Positions 58,118 to 64,000 of a stretch of 64,000 nucleotides of DNA are shown one piece after another. Both the position numbers and the translations under genes were made by a program. The DNA is taken from the IMG/VR virus record IMGVR_UViG_3300031555_001437; one strand, given 5' to 3'. The notes below the pieces were generated by a model, which saw nothing but the letters and a program-made list of their open reading frames with translations, was not told the DNA's origin and did not search any database. This stretch comes from a virus. Its lineage: Duplodnaviria; Caudoviricetes. The first letter of the stretch is position 1. Every line of letters starts with the position of its first letter.

Positions 58118-59758
58118 TCATTTTGTCGTGTAAAAATCATAGTCGCTCATAGTTAGCTGCAGATAATTGTTTCTGCCATATCTTACTTTGCTCAGAGTTC
58201 CAACTCCAACGATCTCTCCATTTTGCGGAGCACTCTCCCAAGTTCTATCATTCCAAGATACAAGCAATAGCCCGCTGTCATTATCTATGAACTTGCTGTG
58301 CTTTCCACCGCTCATGAACGCAGACTGATAATCATCACTTCTGATTAACACCGTTACGGGTTCAAAATCTGCTCCAGAGATACGATTGATTGCAGATAGC
58401 TGACGAATTAAATATTCGTTAACTTGGTTTGCATAAATCTCAATGTCGGCTTCAACTTTGACCGAGAACTCGACATCAGTAAGAACATCCTCGATTGCAA
58501 TCTTAAAATCTTCAAATTTATCTACGTCAATAAATGCTCCGCTTGCAAGAGGATGCCCTTGACATACACATAACCCAGTTTGATTAGCAATGTCAAGCAT
58601 ATCCTCTACCCCTATTGCACGCATACTGCCACTATATTCATGTTTAATAATTTCGCCAGTTTCATCATCTAGTTCAATTTTTTCGCGCAAAACAAACAGC
58701 GGTCGCTGATATTGGCTGAGGAGCTTATTCGCAACTAATCCAGAAACCGATGCGTCCACATCGTTTGGCAACATGAAAAACATACACTTTCTGTCAAGTT
58801 GATCTTCTGCCTGTTGAACGACGTTGTCCATCAACTCCGCAACAATATTGTTCTGCAACTCTCTACATCCTCTCAAATCTGAAATCAGCGCATCCATCTC
58901 ATCCTCGTCATCTGTGAGAAAAAGTTCCATGGCTTTTGTGTTTTGACCAATTCTCATAGCCGCATTAACAAGAGGCGCCACGCTAAAACTGATTGCTGTA
59001 CTGTCGAACGCATAGCTGCCCACCACCTTTTTAATCAGCTGATGGTCGTAATATTTTAATCCTCGATATACGATATACCGATTTTCTGGCGAGTTCATCG
59101 ACGTCATATCCGCCACCAGGCCAAACGCACCATACAACCATAGGTTAAGTTCATTTGCATAGTCTTCAAGATTCATGTGGTCTGCATATAACACATACTT
59201 CAACGCCACACCAGCTCCCGAAAGCTCTTTATTTGGATAATAGTTAGCCGAACTTACCAACACAAACGGCAAATCTGACTCCAATAATCTTCTCTCTGGA
59301 ATGTGATGGTCAAACACACAGAGTCTCACGCCAGTAGAAAGTATTTTCTCATATACCGCAGGATCATTATTTATAGAATCGACAATTATCATCACATCAA
59401 CATCTTTGAGTAACTCCAAGTCAAAATTCTCTGCTCCGTGCTCCTTGCCTTGATTGATTACGCACTGTACGTCTGCTCCACGTGCTCTCAGATATCTAAC
59501 CATGATTGCGTTAGCACTACATCCGTCGACGTCAACGTCAGCCAGCACCAAGAATTTCTCTCCCATAGTAATTGCGTCTTCTATGGTAACATACGCTTCG
59601 TGTAGACCAATAAGTTCGTCAAAGTCAACCATATCGTCTTCTGTAGGAGCCAAAAACGCGCTCAAATCATCAATACCGCGACTTTGAAGTATTGCCTCGA
59701 TAATTTCTTCATCGTCCATACTCGTTCCGTCAATACGAGCAGTTAATTGTTTAATCAT
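58118..59758 (-). CDS. recJ: RecJ-like DHH ssDNA exonuclease
   Basis: DVDVDG, DHH, SGAGV, ADM, GSMR, GH motifs. Confidence 0.9.
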   Translation of the reverse strand: MIKQLTARIDGTSMDDEEIIEAILQSRGIDDLSAFLAPTEDDMVDFDELIGLHEAYVTIEDAITMGEKFLVLADVDVDGCSANAIMVRYLRARGADVQCVINQGKEHGAENFDLELLKDVDVMIIVDSINNDPAVYEKILSTGVRLCVFDHHIPERRLLESDLPFVLVSSANYYPNKELSGAGVALKYVLYADHMNLEDYANELNLWLYGAFGLVADMTSMNSPENRYIVYRGLKYYDHQLIKKVVGSYAFDSTAISFSVAPLVNAAMRIGQNTKAMELFLTDDEDEMDALISDLRGCRELQNNIVAELMDNVVQQAEDQLDRKCMFFMLPNDVDASVSGLVANKLLSQYQRPLFVLREKIELDDETGEIIKHEYSGSMRAIGVEDMLDIANQTGLCVCQGHPLASGAFIDVDKFEDFKIAIEDVLTDVEFSVKVEADIEIYANQVNEYLIRQLSAINRISGADFEPVTVLIRSDDYQSAFMSGGKHSKFIDNDSGLLLVSWNDRTWESAPQNGEIVGVGTLSKVRYGRNNYLQLTMSDYDFYTTK

Positions 59759-60020
59759 ATTCACCACGCTCCAACTCTTTAATTCTTCTATCTAAAGCGT
59801 CTCTTTGCTTCTTCAATAGCTGTACATCAATTGGTTTAAACATACCCCAATCGCCGTGCGCACCACACCACCAATGGTCTTCACAACCTTCGGAAGAGAT
59901 TGATCCTGAGCCAAACCAATAAAAATCTTCAACCATCTCAATACAGTCTGTCTCTCTTGGACTTCCAACGTGATTGGCGCACAAGTGTCTTCTTTGACAT
60001 TGACTGCTACAACAAACCAT
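59751..60020 (-). CDS. Hypothetical Cys-rich protein
   Basis: GGAGG RBS; operon coupling. Confidence 0.6.
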   Translation of the reverse strand: MVCCSSQCQRRHLCANHVGSPRETDCIEMVEDFYWFGSGSISSEGCEDHWWCGAHGDWGMFKPIDVQLLKKQRDALDRRIKELERGEYD

Positions 60021-60352
60021 TATTTGCCCTCCGTATATGTTCCATATTTATTCCATTCTGAATTAATATCAGTTGCCGTAGACTGTGACCCGCCATTACT
60101 ATTTAACGACGTTACAGTTCCATATGTAATCTCCCAATTACCCTGGCATGGGCATACATCTACGTGAGGAGCTACCCCTCGTCCACACACAGGACAAATC
60201 CACCCTTTCTGTTGCCAAAAACCATCTGGTAAAGGTAGGTCGCAATTTGAAGGTCTATATACTAAATCATTAACCGCGAAATTACACTTTGGACAATGTT
60301 CATTGCCGCCAGTAGTGCTTACCATCTCTTTCCCACATCTAATACACTGCAT
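60020..60352 (-). CDS. Zn-ribbon protein
   Basis: CIRCG, CPKC, GWICPVCGRGVAP...CPC. Confidence 0.7.
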   Translation of the reverse strand: MQCIRCGKEMVSTTGGNEHCPKCNFAVNDLVYRPSNCDLPLPDGFWQQKGWICPVCGRGVAPHVDVCPCQGNWEITYGTVTSLNSNGGSQSTATDINSEWNKYGTYTEGK

Positions 60353-60364
60353 AATTAATCCTCC

Positions 60365-60541
60365 TTAATCAACCAAATCATATATGCCTAACTTGTTTTT
60401 TAAATTATACACCTCATCACGATAATCACCAGAGTGGAAGAGCCGTCTTTGTTCATCTATTGCAATGTCCAACATTCTAAATGCCATTATTAAAAGAACC
60501 AACTCATCTTCTGTGAAATCTTCTTTAGTGAACTCCCTCAT
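60365..60541 (-). CDS. Hypothetical protein
   Basis: GGAGGA RBS before MREFTK. Confidence 0.55.
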   Translation of the reverse strand: MREFTKEDFTEDELVLLIMAFRMLDIAIDEQRRLFHSGDYRDEVYNLKNKLGIYDLVD

Positions 60542-60725
60542 CTTCATCCTCCACGTAATCATCAATAATCACACAACCGTCCATCTCGTTGACCCCTCTT
60601 GCAACATGCTCTGCCGCAACATAGAAAAATGCGTTTCGATCCTTATATAAATTTTCGTTTGGAACTAACACCACGCAGTTATCTGGAAACTGCTCTAACT
60701 TTTCTTTGAGTTCTTTGACCGTCAT
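60525..60725 (-). CDS. Hypothetical protein (MTVKELxExL family)
   Basis: Common phage N-terminus MTVKELKEKLEQFPD. Confidence 0.65.
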   Translation of the reverse strand: MTVKELKEKLEQFPDNCVVLVPNENLYKDRNAFFYVAAEHVARGVNEMDGCVIIDDYVEDEDEGVH

Positions 60726-61762
60726 ATCTCATACTCACCTTCTGTTAAATTTTCTATCGGTTCAATTTCGTTCTTCAATATATATTCAAATTCCGCCTTT
60801 GTATCGTCGCAAGGTGCCGACTTGTTCGCAAGCGAAATATTGTTCTCCCAATTCCAGTATTTGATACATATTTGTCGCATTGTGCAAAATGTTTTCAGTA
60901 GGTCTGCATTTCGCTTTGTGTTCTCAATCGGTAGGCCCTTGTCTAAAAGAAAAGTGACACTCTTAGGGTTTAGAGATAATAGCAGCTTGACTTGAGTAGA
61001 ACTTAATGAGTTGCTCCCCAAAGCGACAACATTGTTGTAACCCCATGAGTCTAGTTTAAGTACTGACTTCTCGCTTTCTACAACAAAAACGTCGCTCTCG
61101 TATAATGAACTGTAGTTTTCAGAGTACCCAAAAAGAGTCTGAGACATTGGACACGATGGAGTCAAATACAAATACTTTGCTTCATACTCATCTGGCTCGT
61201 AGTTGCATCGACCCTTTATGCCAAGGAGCTCAGCTGTGCTTGTCCTAATTGGTAGCGTTATGCGTTGCGACTCCACACAGTATCCGACGCCCCACTTACG
61301 CTGCGTTGCGAGGCTTATTCCATCTCGTAACCATAGTAGACAAGGCGTGTTGCCATATTGCTTCAAGGTCGTTTCTGGATATGTTGTCACCTCAATTTCA
61401 CTATTTGAACGCGATATCTTATCATACAGACCACCAAACAATCCAGACCTACGCTTATAGCTATATAGCGAATCAAGATGCAACTCCTGCTTTACGGCAT
61501 TCATTACATCTCTAAACGGAATATTCTTGCTTTTCACAAGATAGTTGAATAGATCACAAGACAAATTACGCTCGTAGTCTTTGACAAATAAACTGTCGTT
61601 GTCTTGTAACCTAACAACAACTGCGGTGGGGTTCATGCCTTGTTCAAAAGCGCAGCGCAGTTCCTTGTGATTCCTGCGTATGCTATCAAAACCAAAGGCT
61701 TCAAGGATATGCTCTATGGACTCTGGTTGTTCTAACAGTTTTTCTTTGATATCTTCAAACAT
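60722..61762 (-). CDS. dnaG: Phage DNA primase (TOPRIM)
   Basis: RITLPIR, GIKGR, KYLY, VVESEKS, FLLD; GGAGG RBS supports start at 61762. Confidence 0.85.
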   Translation of the reverse strand: MFEDIKEKLLEQPESIEHILEAFGFDSIRRNHKELRCAFEQGMNPTAVVVRLQDNDSLFVKDYERNLSCDLFNYLVKSKNIPFRDVMNAVKQELHLDSLYSYKRRSGLFGGLYDKISRSNSEIEVTTYPETTLKQYGNTPCLLWLRDGISLATQRKWGVGYCVESQRITLPIRTSTAELLGIKGRCNYEPDEYEAKYLYLTPSCPMSQTLFGYSENYSSLYESDVFVVESEKSVLKLDSWGYNNVVALGSNSLSSTQVKLLLSLNPKSVTFLLDKGLPIENTKRNADLLKTFCTMRQICIKYWNWENNISLANKSAPCDDTKAEFEYILKNEIEPIENLTEGEYEI

Positions 61763-61781
61763 ATCCTTTTGCCTCCTATCT

Positions 61782-63122
61782 TTATCCCATTTTTGCTGCC
61801 GCTTGTAATAAAACATTGTGTTCATTTTGGATTTCTCCATCAATTACCATCTGCAATAACGTGCTCAATGTATGCCCTAATTTTTTCCCAGTTTCATATC
61901 CGATACTAATTAAATCATTACCGTTAATCGCTAAATCTTTAGCGGAAAAACACTCGCCCTCTTGAAGCACATCTTCAAGTAGTTGCTCAATCACATCTAC
62001 TTTTTCAATTCTTTCTGCACCGTATTCTTTCTTTTGCCCTTTGATATCTGCTCTACGTACATTCAAAAGTCTTCTAAATTGTTCTTCTCCAATTTTATTG
62101 AGCCATCTTTTAATGTACTTACGTCCGACTTCAAATGTGGCATCGTGATAATGAACCAATCCTGCTACGTCGTGTCGAGTTTTATTATCAAATCTCAGGC
62201 CTAGCATGATAGCGTCGGCTATCTCAGCACTTACTCTACCATGTCCTTTAAAATGCCTTGTCCCATCCTCGTCGTCTTGGTAACAATGCGGCTTTCCAAA
62301 GTCATGGAACAAAATAGCAAGTCGAGTTGTTAAGTCGCAAGACTCGTCATAACTTAATGCTTTTGCAGTATGGGTGAACACATCATAATCATGATACGGG
62401 TTGTTCTGCTGAAAATCTACGATGTCACACATTTCGGGTATAATTTGGCAAAACACTCCGACATATAAACGTAGAACAAACGGGAATCTGTTGCATATTA
62501 CCATTTTACACAACTCACTATTGACGCGCTCTTTCGAAATATTCTTTAATAACTGTGCGTTTGAAATAATTGCGTACTTCGTGTGTTCCTCTATTTCAAA
62601 GTCCATCTGACAAGAAAATCTCAGCGCCCGCAATACTCTCAATGCGTCTTCTTGAAATCTATCATTTGCATTTCCAACGCATCGAATTTTCATATCTTTG
62701 ATATCATCTAAGCCACCAAACGGGTCTATTAATCCCTCTTCATCATTGTAGGCAATAGCGTTAATAGTGAAGTCTCGTCTACTTAAGTCTTCTTCCAGGT
62801 TTGAAGTAAACGTTACTGTATCTGGTCGACGATTGTCAGAATAATCTCCGTCAATTCGAAATGTGGTTACTTCGTAAGACTCATCACCAACAACTACAGT
62901 TAGAGTGCCGTGCTGCAATCCAGTTTCAATTATTCTTTTATCATTAAAAATATTCAGCATCTCGCTCGGAGTGGCGGACGTGCAAATATCCCAGTCATTA
63001 GGAGTTCGACCAAGAATACTATCTCTTACACATCCTCCAACTATATATGCAGCGTGTCCATGGCTTTGTAACATATGAATTAAATCATTTGCATGGTTTG
63101 GAATGTTAATATTAAATTTCAC
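61782..63122 (-). CDS. cca: CCA-adding enzyme / tRNA nucleotidyltransferase with HD domain
   Basis: VGGCVRD, DWDI, EVTTFR, DLSRRDFTINA, EDALRVLRALRF, HDFGKP. Confidence 0.92.
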   Translation of the reverse strand: MKFNINIPNHANDLIHMLQSHGHAAYIVGGCVRDSILGRTPNDWDICTSATPSEMLNIFNDKRIIETGLQHGTLTVVVGDESYEVTTFRIDGDYSDNRRPDTVTFTSNLEEDLSRRDFTINAIAYNDEEGLIDPFGGLDDIKDMKIRCVGNANDRFQEDALRVLRALRFSCQMDFEIEEHTKYAIISNAQLLKNISKERVNSELCKMVICNRFPFVLRLYVGVFCQIIPEMCDIVDFQQNNPYHDYDVFTHTAKALSYDESCDLTTRLAILFHDFGKPHCYQDDEDGTRHFKGHGRVSAEIADAIMLGLRFDNKTRHDVAGLVHYHDATFEVGRKYIKRWLNKIGEEQFRRLLNVRRADIKGQKKEYGAERIEKVDVIEQLLEDVLQEGECFSAKDLAINGNDLISIGYETGKKLGHTLSTLLQMVIDGEIQNEHNVLLQAAAKMG

Positions 63123-64000
63123 CCTTTACCACCCTTTCATTTACGCTTGCAACAAACTCATTGATTGCTTTATAATTAGGCCCATCTGGAAGATTTGTAT
63201 TTTTCTTTGCGTATTCAAGTCGCTTTTCACATTCATCAACCATTTCATAAAACTCTGCAATTGGCTGCCTATTATCGTCAAGATATTTACCGTTACGAAT
63301 ATCCATCAATAAGTCATGATCTGCATCTCGATATGTAATAATTTGCTCTTTTTCAAGGATATCAAAACACATCATGTAAAGACGTATGAGGTGCATCATG
63401 TGCTTACCCAATTTATCATGACTGATTGCTTTTTCGTTTCTGCTACCAATTTTGCCATACGACTTGACTATTTGCTGCATTTCAGCCCACATACCAGCAT
63501 AATCCCTCAAAGGATAATGGTTCAAATGCGCGTCCATAAAGATCTCGGTATCATATCCGTCTTGCACCGCCTTATCAATATATAATTTGATAGCATCATC
63601 TGGCATAGTTAAGTATCTGTCTTTGAACACATACTGGGCGTTTTCAATTGTTTTATAAATATGCTCTTCGTTTTGTGCTTGACCAACGAGTCGATTTGAT
63701 TTGTTTTCAAGCCTTCTAAGCTGCTGATTAGCATATCCGCCAAAAGAATGAACTGCTCTCTTAGAAAGGAACAGATGTGCGTTGTCAAGAAGTTCGCGCC
63801 CAACAGGAGATATATAAAGATAGTGCTCTGGTTTATTGCCGAGCATCTCAATTGTGTTTGGATTGACATTGCTCAGCAGAGAGACCAACTTGTTAAAAGC
63901 ATAAATAGTGGTGTCTGTTTCTTCGTTGACAAACTGCTCAAAATTCTCGTTAGTCAAAATCTGCATCTTACTATTCAGAGCACACCCACGAATATCCAAG
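63112..64000 (-). CDS. Pol-beta-superfamily nucleotidyltransferase (Nuc-transf/RlaP-like); 5'-truncated
   Basis: DIRG, NPNTIEML, FGGYA..Q, KHMMHLIRL, IRNG, LP..P. Confidence 0.78.
   Translation of the reverse strand, partial: LDIRGCALNSKMQILTNENFEQFVNEETDTTIYAFNKLVSLLSNVNPNTIEMLGNKPEHYLYISPVGRELLDNAHLFLSKRAVHSFGGYANQQLRRLENKSNRLVGQAQNEEHIYKTIENAQYVFKDRYLTMPDDAIKLYIDKAVQDGYDTEIFMDAHLNHYPLRDYAGMWAEMQQIVKSYGKIGSRNEKAISHDKLGKHMMHLIRLYMMCFDILEKEQIITYRDADHDLLMDIRNGKYLDDNRQPIAEFYEMVDECEKRLEYAKKNTNLPDGPNYKAINEFVASVNERVVKGEI

Larger units (their letters stand above)
5710..58131. repeat. Dispersed 14-bp motif ACRCRACARAATGA, at least 12 copies, always co-oriented with transcription
   Basis: + at 5710; - at 34200, 40310, 42170, 43050, 43100, 49139, 51312, 53618, 54909, 54984, 58118. 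Confidence 0.85.

Noticed and set aside
1-64000. Stop-codon reassignment
   Set aside because: Genes are full-length in code 11, TAG and TGA terminate genes normally, and there is no suppressor tRNA.

Overview
A 64-kb segment of a large temperate siphovirus-like phage of a Firmicutes (probably Clostridia-type) host, with an SPbeta-like layout. No host DNA is visible. The + strand (1-31940) is a tail/lysis module: a repeat-rich tail fibre with a C-terminal S74-type chaperone, RuvC, a ~4,220-aa tape measure gene split by a group I intron carrying a LAGLIDADG endonuclease, a free-standing homing endonuclease, Dit/Tal-like and minor tail proteins, and holins. The - strand (31970-64000) carries an Arc-like regulator, a candidate intact attP, a large serine integrase with a probable RDF, nucleotide-metabolism genes (dUTPase, FTR-NrdG-NrdD-glutaredoxin, nucleotidase, Gmk, ThyX-like), an endolysin, a tRNA/ncRNA operon, and replication genes (DnaE, RecJ, primase). 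The replication genes enclose a PAPS-reductase/cysteine-desulfurase/PAPS-reductase triad and are preceded by a CCA-adding enzyme and a second nucleotidyltransferase. The most striking feature is an operon in which a TROVE/Ro60-like vWA (DUF2828-type) gene sits directly behind six small structured RNAs, with a seventh in the tRNA cluster. All seven share a stem + AC(A/C/U)GCAA motif, and four are fused to tRNA parts (two as circular permutations inside complete tRNA scaffolds). The same operon holds a phosphoesterase, 7 tRNAs, two odd CCA-ended RNAs and a ~670-nt ornate ncRNA, which makes it a candidate phage Ro/Y-RNA-like tRNA-decoy and RNA-repair system. All family assignments come from motif recognition by eye; no database searches were run.
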